From the IMG/VR virus record IMGVR_UViG_3300013121_000046: DNA of 64,000 bases; one strand, given 5' to 3'. The first letter of the stretch is position 1; every line of letters starts with the position of its first letter. The translations under genes and the position numbers were made by a program. This DNA is from a virus. Taxonomy: Duplodnaviria > Caudoviricetes. Of the stretch, positions 7,723-17,487 are shown in pieces. Below the pieces are notes generated by a model, which was not told where the DNA came from, did no database searches, and worked only from the letters and a program-made list of their open reading frames with translations.

Positions 7723-10119
7723 CTAAATATCCTTAATACTCACTCGCTCATAATTAGGCTGTCTAGCTTCATCCAGATAAATAGCCTCATCGGAAATAAT
7801 TCCATGAGACTTACTGAAAACAGCTAGTCTCTGGGCTGGCCACCCCATTGCTCCTAACTCCTGACGGGCATACACATTGTAACTTTCCGTACTACCATTA
7901 GCTAAAACCACTCTTCGATTGATATCAAATTTAGCCATAGTGTTGTGACAAACAAACCCATTTCCGATAAAGGTCTCGGTTTCAGGCTGAGAAAAGTCCA
8001 TCACGTCACTCTCGTGATGAGTAATTTCCTTAACTCGATCATAAGTGTGGGGACCACACTGGGTTTTTTTTCTTCCTCGTGTGAGAGTCAGAATCCCACG
8101 ATCATTATAATCAGCCCGACATTTTTCAAGCTCCTGCTGAAGCAACAGATGCTTAATTCCCGCCCCAAATAGGCTTTGAGTTTTATCGAGACTAGATTTA
8201 GATATTCGGACAATCCAGGAATCGTTTTTGGCTCGAATAGTATAACCTTTTTGTGGTCCTTCTCTCAAAATATTGTGGGACCCAATCCTCCGTTTCCTAC
8301 TACGATATGAAAGAATCCCCAACCTTCGTAAAACCTGTTGAGTCTGCTCGGCTAGAATGCTTGAGTTAGTACTTAAAGTTGGATAACCCTGTAGCACGTA
8401 ACCATCCCCCCGGAAGAGCCCGCGAAGAAAGGCTCGATTAATAGGTTCAGTCCCTTGTAAAACTGCCCAGGGGATGTTCTTATTTGCTGCACCACTCTGA
8501 AGACCCAGAGTCTCATTCATAAATTTAACCAAGTCCTTCGAGTACGCCCAAAACACGGTCACTTTCTCACAGTTATTAACGATCCGAGATCCATAACGGA
8601 TGCTTAACCTCTTAAGCAGTTCAGTGACATGGGATAAGTCGTCTTCGTGAACAGCAAGATTAATCCCGTTAAATTTACCATTACTAGTAGTATAGTTCCC
8701 ATCAGCTACCCACCAACCGAGGAATTCCGCCCAGTCCTCGGTAAGTCTTACCGGAAGAGGTTGTGGCCTATTGCTGACATACAATCTACGACTCTGATTA
8801 CTGTACGAAATATGATTAAGCAAAGGATCTTCAATAGGCCAAGTCGTCCCTAGCTGAATCACCACACAATCCCGAGGAGTTATCTGATCTAATCTTCTCC
8901 ATTCATATTGACTAACCTTACGCCAAGTAGGTCGTAGTACCTTATCTCGAACACTTTTCTCATCCCCAAAAGTGGTGATAACTCGTACCCGATGATTTGG
9001 AGTACCTTCCAACGCATATCCCATATTAGTTTTAATACGGATAGTAGGAACTACCGCACCATGATGAAAAGTTTGGGAAGCTCTTCGTGGCACATCATCA
9101 GTTACTAGAAGTTCGTTGGAATCACGGAATCGCTCTGAATGCCCGGCAAAATCACTAATTGGACGCAAACCTGAAACAGCACTTTCAATCATGGTATTCG
9201 GCAAAACGCAGTGAAAGTGACCGATCCATAAGTAATCCCAAGGGACTGGAATGCAATCTATCCAACCCCAGGCCTTTTTTGCTGCCCCATACCAAGGGAA
9301 GCCGGCAAATCCTCCGCGAATCTCCTGACCATGTACCAACAAATTTCCCCACGAGTACACTTGATCCACACCATACCAGTCCTCGGATCTATCTCCAGGT
9401 AGATCGAAACTAACCCGTTTACGGTCTTGGGAAGCTAACCTACTCTGCACCTGAAGACGCATTACCTCATAGGCAACGGAATCCCAGTTGGTTCTGGGGT
9501 TTGCTCCAGTGTGTTTAGAGCCATTTCTACCATGATTTCCGGGGACAGCTAACACCCTAACACTTCCGAAATTTGCTAAAAAAGTTAAGATAAGACTAGC
9601 TAAAGCTTCAGGGACAACCTTACAAGCTTGATCGAAAACCGAAGAGTCAATCAAGTGTGCCTGGGTAGGAAAAATACCCTCACCTTCAACCATATCTCCG
9701 CCAAGGTACACCCGTATGTCCTCTACCCTAGCTCCATTTCGTCTAGTCTCTGCAATCTTAAGTACTTTCTTAGCTATACGGTTAAGCCTCTCTACAGCAA
9801 TAGCAGAATCATACTGGGGAGTAACTTTCCCAATATGAATATCACTTAAATGCAATACAAAGACTTCCTCATCACACCCCTTTTTCTTTACAGTTTGTCT
9901 GGGAGGAAAGACAGTTAATTTAGGTTTATTCTTTGCCATCAAGTCAGTGATAGCACGAACAATTATTTCTTCCCCAGAGACGGCTTTTTTCACTTGCTTC
10001 TTTAGAGAATCAATCTCCCCTCGAAGCAAACGAATTGTTGCATCCTTTTCCAATACCGCTCGCAACTCTTCCTGATCCATAAAATTTTTAGTTATGTCCT
10101 TACTCTTGGCCCTAGTCAT
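7723..10119 (-). CDS. calcineurin-like metallophosphoesterase interrupted by an intein
   Basis: LSDIHIG, GGDMVEG, VPGNHGR, VHG, GHFH motifs; intein after GHFH. Confidence 0.85.
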   Translation of the reverse strand: MTRAKSKDITKNFMDQEELRAVLEKDATIRLLRGEIDSLKKQVKKAVSGEEIIVRAITDLMAKNKPKLTVFPPRQTVKKKGCDEEVFVLHLSDIHIGKVTPQYDSAIAVERLNRIAKKVLKIAETRRNGARVEDIRVYLGGDMVEGEGIFPTQAHLIDSSVFDQACKVVPEALASLILTFLANFGSVRVLAVPGNHGRNGSKHTGANPRTNWDSVAYEVMRLQVQSRLASQDRKRVSFDLPGDRSEDWYGVDQVYSWGNLLVHGQEIRGGFAGFPWYGAAKKAWGWIDCIPVPWDYLWIGHFHCVLPNTMIESAVSGLRPISDFAGHSERFRDSNELLVTDDVPRRASQTFHHGAVVPTIRIKTNMGYALEGTPNHRVRVITTFGDEKSVRDKVLRPTWRKVSQYEWRRLDQITPRDCVVIQLGTTWPIEDPLLNHISYSNQSRRLYVSNRPQPLPVRLTEDWAEFLGWWVADGNYTTSNGKFNGINLAVHEDDLSHVTELLKRLSIRYGSRIVNNCEKVTVFWAYSKDLVKFMNETLGLQSGAANKNIPWAVLQGTEPINRAFLRGLFRGDGYVLQGYPTLSTNSSILAEQTQQVLRRLGILSYRSRKRRIGSHNILREGPQKGYTIRAKNDSWIVRISKSSLDKTQSLFGAGIKHLLLQQELEKCRADYNDRGILTLTRGRKKTQCGPHTYDRVKEITHHESDVMDFSQPETETFIGNGFVCHNTMAKFDINRRVVLANGSTESYNVYARQELGAMGWPAQRLAVFSKSHGIISDEAIYLDEARQPNYERVSIKDI
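7942..9210 (-). mobile_element. intein with LAGLIDADG homing endonuclease (423 aa)
   Basis: N-junction H|CVLPNTMI, block B GTPNHRV, LAGLIDADG motifs AEFLGWWVADG and AFLRGLFRGDG, C-junction FIGNGFVCHN|T. Confidence 0.92.
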
Positions 10120-10139
10120 GGTACCTCGGGGAGTAAGAC

Positions 10140-10439
10140 TTAGATTTTCACATGCTTGATATGTCTTGCTAAAGTTCTCGACAGATAGGGATACCCAAAA
10201 TGCTTTACCAGTTGCTCATGGAAGGCTGTCAGATGTACATGCGGATAGTTACCGGTCTTTTTAAGCTTTACATACTCCTTTATAGCCTTATGAACTTCCG
10301 GTAAATCAAGCCTACAGGTCTCGCAAGATGACCGGACTTCTTCACTCATAGCCCAGCCTTCAATATTAAATTCTGAATCAACCCTCGGAGGCAGTGGTTT
10401 CTGCTGTTTTGCCATTCTCTTCTTCCTTAGTATTTCCAA
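10140..10439 (-). CDS. small CxxC/HTH-like protein
   Basis: SCETC...RTLARHIKH; directly upstream of the phosphoesterase. Confidence 0.6.
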   Translation of the reverse strand: MEILRKKRMAKQQKPLPPRVDSEFNIEGWAMSEEVRSSCETCRLDLPEVHKAIKEYVKLKKTGNYPHVHLTAFHEQLVKHFGYPYLSRTLARHIKHVKI

Positions 10440-10863
10440 CCCTTACAGTGTACTGTGGCGGAGGTGTTTGCTTTAGAATATTAATGCAATCACTAATCCC
10501 TATCTGATAGGAACTTAAAACAAGGGTCTCTTTCTTCATCTTCACGTATATCTCACGATTCTGAGCCACCTCACCCAGTATTGAGATGATTCTCTCACGA
10601 TCTGAGCGGATTAAACTTTGACTAAGAGAGGCAGATATCTTGTTTACATATACCTGAAGGAGATTTCTAAAAGCTGCATTTTCACACAGAGCCAAAATAC
10701 CATGATCCGAAGAAGTTAACTCATTAAGAGTCTCTTGAATTGACTCCAATTTATCCTGAACTTCCTGTGGTATCTGTGACACTTCCCTAGTTACTGGGGC
10801 AGAAACATTTTCTCTAGTCGGGGTATTCACAGCCACCGACTGAGGCAAAATCAAATTGGACAT
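10378..10863 (-). CDS. hypothetical protein
   Basis: 161-aa ORF with AGGAG SD. Confidence 0.65.
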   Translation of the reverse strand: MSNLILPQSVAVNTPTRENVSAPVTREVSQIPQEVQDKLESIQETLNELTSSDHGILALCENAAFRNLLQVYVNKISASLSQSLIRSDRERIISILGEVAQNREIYVKMKKETLVLSSYQIGISDCINILKQTPPPQYTVRVGNTKEEENGKTAETTASEG

Positions 10864-10878
10864 ACAAACTCCTATTCT

Positions 10879-11460
10879 CTAGGCATCGCCTAGTCCTGCT
10901 GGATCTCTATGCAAATAAATAAGACTGCTTAGATTAAAGCCCACTGCTTTTCTAGCAAATACCGTTACCCAGTATTGTCGTTGACTGTTTTGAGCCCTAC
11001 CAAAACCTACATTATTATAATGGTTAGATAAGATATTCTTACGATGCCCCTGAGAACTTAACCAAGCATTATAGACAGAATGCACATCAGAATATCCGGA
11101 GGCAATATTCTCACCCACAAAATCAGCCTTAAAACCTGCCTTAGCTACCCGATCAGCCGCCGTAGAGCCATTTTCACCCGTATGATCCATCACAGAAGTC
11201 TTCGCCATCCAATTAGCCTGGTCCTGAGCAGCCGCCATAAGAGCAGAATCAATCGTCAAGGGTACTACCCCAAACACCAACCTATCCCCATTATGTGCTT
11301 CACAGAGAAGTTGAGCCCAGACTGGGACAGGTGCCGTTGGTGGAGGTGTAGGAGATGGCGGAGAAGGTTTTTTTGGATCATCCTGAATCGGTACCCCTAA
11401 AATCAGCCTTAAAAAATTTGCTAAGGTGTGCAGTAGTGATGCCATAGTGACCACCCCCAA
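10879..11460 (-). CDS. CAP/SCP-domain protein with Pro-rich linker
   Basis: AAQDQANWMA, MDHTG, GENIASG, AWLSSQGHRKNIL, YWVTVF motifs. Confidence 0.9.
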   Translation of the reverse strand: MGVVTMASLLHTLANFLRLILGVPIQDDPKKPSPPSPTPPPTAPVPVWAQLLCEAHNGDRLVFGVVPLTIDSALMAAAQDQANWMAKTSVMDHTGENGSTAADRVAKAGFKADFVGENIASGYSDVHSVYNAWLSSQGHRKNILSNHYNNVGFGRAQNSQRQYWVTVFARKAVGFNLSSLIYLHRDPAGLGDA

Positions 11461-11518
11461 TAACTACCGCGTAAACAACCCCCTCAATGCTCACTCCCAT
11501 CGTATACTCAATAATCAC

Positions 11519-12169
11519 TCAAACCTTAGAAGATAATAGTTTTAGTTTAGAGGTTCCTTGGTCATTACTAACCTCATAATTATTATCTGCCGCTTCAGCA
11601 ATCTGCTCATTATGAGTTACCACTAAAATAGTAAAACCTAAACCCCCATCTTCTACCGATTTACATAACTTCTTAAGAAGCTTTCCAGCTTCTCCTGAGT
11701 ACTTAGTAGAAACCTGAGCCATAGGCTCATCTAAGAAAAGCACCTTGGAAAGATTCTTGTGTCTCAATACTGTAATCACTCGCAGTACAACGGCCAGCAG
11801 AGAGGCCGGTCCCCCACCAAAAGACTCAAGCGGATCACCCTCAACACCCTGATCCGCATCCCTAATCTTAAGGACAACCGAAGGTTTCCCTCGGAGGGTG
11901 GTATGCTCAATCTTTAGGGAGAGATTCTGATCGAAGAAAGTCTCTCGTAGAGCCAAGGTGGCAAGCTCCGCGACCTGTTGCTCCACTTCCTTACTCAATT
12001 CCCCCGAGATAAACTGCAACAAGGCCAGGCTTTGCTGAAGAACTTCTGTCTGCTCCGTCAAGGAACCAATTGCAGATACTATTTCCTTACTCTGCTCCTG
12101 TAAACCTAAGACTCGGCCTTGAAAGTTTTGAAACCTACTCAGAAGTCTGTCAAGCATAAAAATACCCAT
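11519..12169 (-). CDS. SbcC/Rad50-like ABC ATPase, C-terminal half only
   Basis: Coiled coil, signature FGGG, Walker B LFLDEP, H-loop VVTH; no Walker A. Confidence 0.8.
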   Translation of the reverse strand: MGIFMLDRLLSRFQNFQGRVLGLQEQSKEIVSAIGSLTEQTEVLQQSLALLQFISGELSKEVEQQVAELATLALRETFFDQNLSLKIEHTTLRGKPSVVLKIRDADQGVEGDPLESFGGGPASLLAVVLRVITVLRHKNLSKVLFLDEPMAQVSTKYSGEAGKLLKKLCKSVEDGGLGFTILVVTHNEQIAEAADNNYEVSNDQGTSKLKLLSSKV

Positions 12170-12220
12170 AGGAAGTGTTGGTAATTCACTACTTCCTATG
12201 ATACACGCCGATAGCTCAAA

Positions 12221-13306
12221 CTACAGAGTAATAATATCTATATCCCAATTAAGACAGAAGTTACGCAAATCAATCAACTGCTTCTTAAACAGATGATAAG
12301 TATCTACTGGATCAACAGCTAAATGCACCCGAATTGATGCCTCAGACTCAACTAGAGCTAACCAAGTAGGTAAAGACATACTTGTATACTCTTTACGAAT
12401 CGCTACACCATAAATAAGATCAGTAATACTACTGCCCTTAGGTAAAAAATCATAAAGACTAGTACGATCATAAGAACCATCTGCCCCCTCATGATAAAGA
12501 GGTAGAATAAAATGCTGAACTTCCGGATGGGAAACTTCAGCATTTTGATAGGCTTTGAGTAAGTCTATCTGATGTGCCCTTACTAGGTTCTCATACATAC
12601 TTACTTTCTTAGGATCTTCATTAGGTGCATAGCTTTCGTGAATCTCAGTCTCTACCGTATCCTGAAATTCATCATGCTCATCCATGTACTTAAAGACTTC
12701 TGGGGCTAACCGATCACTATTCTTTTCAACATAAGATTCCAACCAAAAAAGAAATCCTTGCGGCGACTTAGGGTTATTACCCCCAGAATATATGGATAAT
12801 AACTCTCTTTGTACTTGAGGATCTTCCTCCATCTTCTCCAATAGATATTTCTTAGCCATAGGAGAATAGGCTCGACTGTATAATTCCCGTCGCTTCTTTT
12901 CCGCAAATTCTTCGGAAGGAGTATAGTACTCGCCAGGGATATCTCGCCAATTCAAATACCAATGTTCGCCAAAGATTGAATTTAATCCATAACCTCCTTG
13001 TACAACATTCTCAAGATTTACAGGGACTTCAATCAAAGGTAGGTCTGTGAAATGCGGTAAGAATAAACCAACCGATATAGGAACTTGCACCATATCATGT
13101 CGTAAAAATGTCTTTTTATTCAAAGCAAACCAAGTGGAAGCAAATGGTCTGCTCTGACCCACAGCCATATCCCTAGAAGACCCATTAGTAACAGGTGCCC
13201 TAAGCTTTCCATACATAATAAAATTGGAATAAAAGTACTGTAAAGGAAAGTCAAACCACAGCACCGAAGGGAGGGCCTCTGGGGAGCCGCTTATACGACG
13301 AGTCAT
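12221..13306 (-). CDS. acidic hypothetical protein, paralog trio member
   Basis: LPSVLWFD head, GFLFWLESYVEKNSDRLAPEV and IYGVAI shared with 13573..14805. Confidence 0.7.
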   Translation of the reverse strand: MTRRISGSPEALPSVLWFDFPLQYFYSNFIMYGKLRAPVTNGSSRDMAVGQSRPFASTWFALNKKTFLRHDMVQVPISVGLFLPHFTDLPLIEVPVNLENVVQGGYGLNSIFGEHWYLNWRDIPGEYYTPSEEFAEKKRRELYSRAYSPMAKKYLLEKMEEDPQVQRELLSIYSGGNNPKSPQGFLFWLESYVEKNSDRLAPEVFKYMDEHDEFQDTVETEIHESYAPNEDPKKVSMYENLVRAHQIDLLKAYQNAEVSHPEVQHFILPLYHEGADGSYDRTSLYDFLPKGSSITDLIYGVAIRKEYTSMSLPTWLALVESEASIRVHLAVDPVDTYHLFKKQLIDLRNFCLNWDIDIITL

Positions 13307-13572
13307 ATCTTAGCCTCAACTAAACTCGGACCCACTAGACTGACCTCAGGGATAGCTGAAAGCACCTCTGCTGGAACCGGATTTAGAAGCTTAGTGATAT
13401 CGGCTTTACTAAGCTTCCCAGGGTTCATAGTATCCACGGGAATTCGATAGACAAAACAAAAGTTTCGTCCCACCCCAGATATCCTTACCCCTCTACGTAG
13501 AGAAAGAACTTTCCAGTGTACCCCCTCCAGAATAGTATCTAACAAAATACGCCCTGTGTTTGCCTTAAGCAT
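13303..13572 (-). CDS. hypothetical protein
   Basis: 89-aa ORF with ATGA overlap to the next gene. Confidence 0.55.
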   Translation of the reverse strand: MLKANTGRILLDTILEGVHWKVLSLRRGVRISGVGRNFCFVYRIPVDTMNPGKLSKADITKLLNPVPAEVLSAIPEVSLVGPSLVEAKI

Positions 13573-14805
13573 CTATGCTTCCCCCTCCAATGGCGAATTA
13601 ATTACCACAAACTTCCAACCATTTTGAACACACACATTTCGCACACTGTTTATTTGACTTATCCGACCCAGAAACTTTTCCCGCAAATTCATAAGTTGTA
13701 GCTCACTGGTATAATGCTCAAGCTTTGAAGTAAGTTTATCCCAATTCCCAGGAATAGCTGCCCTTAAAATCGCTACCCCATAGATAGCATCACTTAGGCT
13801 TAAACCCTCAATGAGATAGTTAGATAAATTACTTCCAGTGTATGAAGGAACTATAAAAGCCCGGGCATTAAATTCCTCAAAAAAAGTTTCAGTAAAAATC
13901 TGCTTACGCTCTGCCATAAAATCTTCCCATTCTTCTCGCTTATCCTCATCCTCATGCGGGTTATAGTTATCAGAAGCAGTCTGATAAATGTCACTCTGTA
14001 GATCTAAGTCCTTCTGCATTATCTTTAACACTTCAGGGCTAAGTTTGTCTTGATTTTCCTCACAGTAAGTTTTTAACCAGGACTCAAATCCTGTCGGAGT
14101 TATTACTGAGCTAGCCATTTGCGGATCACGCATAACCTGACGATAAAACACTGGGAATAATTTTTCTGGCGTAGTCTTACCTCGTGTATAAACTAGTGAA
14201 TCCATGTCATACAAAGCATCCTCCCAACGTTGGGCTACATAAGACTCAAAATACCAAAACAAAAACTCTTTCTCAAGCTCAACCTTAAGTGCCCGATCAG
14301 TCTTTATTTTATTAAGCAAATACTTAACAGCATACTCCTCGTATTTCTCATCATATATTTCATCTGCAATTGAGCTAACATAGTCCTCCGGAGGGTCATA
14401 GAAACCATCGGGATAGTCATCCACATCTTCTGTCCAGTCTCCCACTACTGCTTTAATTATATCCGGGTTACCTTCTTCCGAAGATACCTCGTTAACCTGA
14501 GAGGCGGTGTAAATAAGCGGGAACCATATTCCAACAGATACAATTAAATGATCCCAACCATGAATTATATTACAACGACCTAATTGTATTTTTAGATTAC
14601 CACGACAACCAGTCAATCCATGCTGATCTGAAATAAATGGTTTATCAAAAAAAGGCCCTAAGTACTTCCTTGAGGCCGTATCAAATGTCTTGTCAAAAGA
14701 TAGGGTTAAGAAATCTCTAGCATCCATATCCAACCAGACTACCTGGGGAAGTTCCTCCTGGTATTCAGGATCACCTTCAACATAGTCATTATGGTACACT
14801 GACAT
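13573..14805 (-). CDS. acidic hypothetical protein, paralog trio member
   Basis: LPQVVWLD head, GFESWLKTYCEENQDKLSPEV, IYGVAI. Confidence 0.7.
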   Translation of the reverse strand: MSVYHNDYVEGDPEYQEELPQVVWLDMDARDFLTLSFDKTFDTASRKYLGPFFDKPFISDQHGLTGCRGNLKIQLGRCNIIHGWDHLIVSVGIWFPLIYTASQVNEVSSEEGNPDIIKAVVGDWTEDVDDYPDGFYDPPEDYVSSIADEIYDEKYEEYAVKYLLNKIKTDRALKVELEKEFLFWYFESYVAQRWEDALYDMDSLVYTRGKTTPEKLFPVFYRQVMRDPQMASSVITPTGFESWLKTYCEENQDKLSPEVLKIMQKDLDLQSDIYQTASDNYNPHEDEDKREEWEDFMAERKQIFTETFFEEFNARAFIVPSYTGSNLSNYLIEGLSLSDAIYGVAILRAAIPGNWDKLTSKLEHYTSELQLMNLREKFLGRISQINSVRNVCVQNGWKFVVINSPLEGEA

Positions 14806-14814
14806 ATTTCAATC

Positions 14815-15861
14815 CTAATCACTTGTATACCACATAGGGAGGGGAAACCCTAACTGTAGGCACTTCTTATTGATCGCATCAAACGTTTCTCGAAGTTTTT
14901 GAAGTTCGTAAGGACTGTACGTAGATAACTTCTTCGCCCTCCTACCGGGCCTAATCAAGACTAAGGCTAAAGCCTTTTTCAAAGTACTAAAACTAAGCTG
15001 TAACGGTAGCCCTGATTTAGGCCCCCAATATCTAGCCCCAGTCTTTAGGTGCCTAACCTTAAGCTGTGACAATAAATACTCTATGTACTTTTCTAGCGTA
15101 TAATCAGGTTCATCCTCAGATGCTGAGTAATGTCTCAAGCATTTCTCAGTGGCTTGCTTCTGAATCTCTGGCCAAACCTCATCTCTAAAATACTCATCTT
15201 CAGCCTCTCCCACTTTATCCATAGCATAATCCTCAAGTTCCTCGGCATTTTTCTCTCTATATTTTTCCCAAAGACGATCCTCAAGCTCATCTGTAAGGTC
15301 TTGAACATATCTTCCTGACCTTCTCCATATCTCACGCAAAGCCCTTCGCCAATCGCTCTCAAAATCTTTTAAGGCTTGTTCCTGATTTACAATCTCAAAA
15401 TCATAGTTACCAAGAAAAAACCTCTCCTCTAGATCTTGAACATACTTTTGATATTCCTGAGTTTTCGGTAACGCATCTAAAAAAGCATCAGAAGGAGATA
15501 GATCACGAGAAAAACTATCCAGGTTTTCGCCCAAAAAATCTTCCACCCACCCCCGATTTTTAGCCACCCAACCCAAGGTTAAAAACATCTCATTACCAGC
15601 ATTAATCCCATATTTTTTAGGCAATAAAGCCGCCACAAAACCTAAAGATATCCCCAAGTAACTCCCATGACCCTCCCGAGGATATATTTCGTACTGGGAG
15701 CGAGTATCCCAGTATATCCCTTTAGTAAAGGGAGTATCACTAAAAAGGGGATCGGTAGGTATAGACATCTTAGTAAAAAAATCAAAATCACTCAAAGACA
15801 TATCCCAATACACAATTTCTGGGTTTAAGACCGAGCCCTGAAATTGTGTATTTGGCGGCAT
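14815..15861 (-). CDS. acidic hypothetical protein, distant paralog trio member
   Basis: NPEIVYWDM head and acidic helical middle. Confidence 0.65.
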   Translation of the reverse strand: MPPNTQFQGSVLNPEIVYWDMSLSDFDFFTKMSIPTDPLFSDTPFTKGIYWDTRSQYEIYPREGHGSYLGISLGFVAALLPKKYGINAGNEMFLTLGWVAKNRGWVEDFLGENLDSFSRDLSPSDAFLDALPKTQEYQKYVQDLEERFFLGNYDFEIVNQEQALKDFESDWRRALREIWRRSGRYVQDLTDELEDRLWEKYREKNAEELEDYAMDKVGEAEDEYFRDEVWPEIQKQATEKCLRHYSASEDEPDYTLEKYIEYLLSQLKVRHLKTGARYWGPKSGLPLQLSFSTLKKALALVLIRPGRRAKKLSTYSPYELQKLRETFDAINKKCLQLGFPLPMWYTSD

Positions 15862-15883
15862 GACTTGACCTTAATAAAATTAC

Positions 15884-15927
15884 AAAAAATTAGGGTCTAA
15901 GCCTTTCCAGACTTAAACCCTAATTTT
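15884..15927 (-). terminator. probable terminator
   Basis: AAAATTAGGGT...ACCCTAATTTT inverted repeat with T-run. Confidence 0.65.
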
Positions 15928-15981
15928 AGTTACCATCAGATAAAGTAAGAATCAAATCCGCTATTCTCCAAGTACATCGAG

Positions 15982-16272
15982 TCAATTAGAAGCCTCTAAG
16001 GCTGACTCAGCTTCTCGCAGAATCCTGTCACAATCTGATAGAGCAGCTTCATAAGCGGCTACCTGTTCAGCCAGGGATTTCTCCTCATCCGCTACATCCT
16101 TTTCCAAGGTTTCCTGGGATGTACCTAACTCGGCCATTTCCCCAACTAAGGACTTAAGCTCAGCCTCTACCTGCTCGAACTTAACATCCAGCCGAGCTTT
16201 TCTAGTGATTAGCTCCTCCCTATTTTGATTCAACTTCCTAATTTTCTCTGCATAATCTGCTTCCGACGGCAT
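15982..16272 (-). CDS. coiled-coil protein
   Basis: 96-aa heptad-rich ORF. Confidence 0.65.
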   Translation of the reverse strand: MPSEADYAEKIRKLNQNREELITRKARLDVKFEQVEAELKSLVGEMAELGTSQETLEKDVADEEKSLAEQVAAYEAALSDCDRILREAESALEASN

Positions 16273-16282
16273 GTAGTTTCCC

Positions 16283-17074
16283 CTAAAAGTTTAAGTACAA
16301 AACCTCAACACACTTCCTCTTTGTACTCGCTGTAGCCGAATGCAAGGGCACTTCTTTTTGCACCACTCTCCAACTACTATACAACCTAGCGTAAAGCTCA
16401 CTGGGATACCCGCTAAGTACCACTTTACCTATTATTTTTGTATTAAGCACCTCAGCTAACTCTTGATGCTCCTCCTCAGTCATCCCCTGCAAATACACAT
16501 CTGAATTCTTAACAGTTGAGGGTAGATACGGGGGGTCCAAGTAAAAAAGGGTGTCTGCTGTATCCCACTCTGTAAGAATACTCAAGGCGGAGCGATTCAG
16601 AATTTGGACCTGCCTGAACCTTTGAATTATCCTAGGAAGATTCTCATCTATTGATGACAGATACCCCGAGACAACATCAGCCATTCCCCTACGAGATCGG
16701 CGAGTAGATACGGCAAAGGACTCCTGCTGACCCCCTCTAGACTGCCTAACTCGCACATAGAAATCTACAGCCTGCTGTATCGGATCACCAAAACCAGGTT
16801 CAGAGCTTTGAAAAAGACTCTCAGAATATGGAGTCAAAGCCAAGTTTCTAGAGAACTCTTCGCCTCGATCCCGCACAACCGTAAATAAATTCACTAAACG
16901 ATTATCCATGTCATTGTAGACCTCTACCTCTACCGGCTGTTTTTGCGACAGGCAACTAGCTGCACCGCCATAAGGCTCCACATAAATCTTATGCTTTGGG
17001 AAATGAGAAATGATCCATTTTGCGGTATAATACTTCCCCCCATGCCATCGTATAAGAGGCCGGATCTTAGCCAT
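16283..17074 (-). CDS. DNA adenine methyltransferase (Dam/D12 class)
   Basis: WHGGKY, YVEPYGGAAS, YNDM, FYLDPPY motifs. Confidence 0.92.
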   Translation of the reverse strand: MAKIRPLIRWHGGKYYTAKWIISHFPKHKIYVEPYGGAASCLSQKQPVEVEVYNDMDNRLVNLFTVVRDRGEEFSRNLALTPYSESLFQSSEPGFGDPIQQAVDFYVRVRQSRGGQQESFAVSTRRSRRGMADVVSGYLSSIDENLPRIIQRFRQVQILNRSALSILTEWDTADTLFYLDPPYLPSTVKNSDVYLQGMTEEEHQELAEVLNTKIIGKVVLSGYPSELYARLYSSWRVVQKEVPLHSATASTKRKCVEVLYLNF

Positions 17075-17088
17075 TAAAATAGGCTCCT

Positions 17089-17131
17089 AAAAAGAAAAGC
17101 CTCGCAGAACTTTACCGGTTCTGCGAGGCTT
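17089..17131 (-). terminator. rho-independent terminator
   Basis: 14-bp perfect stem AAGCCTCGCAGAAC/GTTCTGCGAGGCTT followed by a T-rich tail on the minus strand. Confidence 0.85.
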
Positions 17132-17186
17132 CATATAGGAACGGATGGACCAAGAAGGCATTCCTAGGAACCTATCAAGATCCTCC

Positions 17187-17249
17187 GATACAATGTTTGC
17201 TGAGAGATCGGCTGGGGCGAAGCACATATCTCTCAGCTAATGATGTATC
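17187..17249. ncRNA. candidate structured RNA (unassigned)
   Basis: Nested stems GATACA/TGTATC and GCTGAGAGAT/ATCTCTCAGC between tRNA-fMet and a terminator. Confidence 0.35.
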
Positions 17250-17307
17250 CCACAAAAATTTTACTCTCTGTAAGATACACCCAACCACGAGCAAGCTTCT
17301 TCACAAG

Positions 17308-17380
17308 TGGCAGGGATGGGACTCGAACCCATGACCTCCGGGGTATGAACCCGACGAGCTACCAACTGCTCCACCCTGCT
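17308..17380 (-). tRNA. tRNA-fMet (CAU, initiator type)
   Basis: AGCAGGGTGGAGCAGTTGGTAGCTCGTCGGGTTCATACCCCGG...GGTTCGAGTCC...; GGG/CCC in anticodon stem, 1:72 mismatch; CCA not encoded. Confidence 0.9.
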
Positions 17381-17487
17381 TCATTGATAGGAAGAAGAGC
17401 CTTCCTTGGCCCCCCTTCCTTACTCTACCCTAGTATACCCAAAAACTCCGCCAGTCGAGGAAAAATTTTTCTCCCTGAGCAATATCC

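Noticed and set aside
7723-10119. Calling the phosphoesterase Mre11/SbcD, partner of the Rad50 half
   Set aside because: Motif context (GGDMVEG, GNHGR, N-terminal coiled coil) fits a different phage phosphoesterase group; cannot be assigned without a profile search
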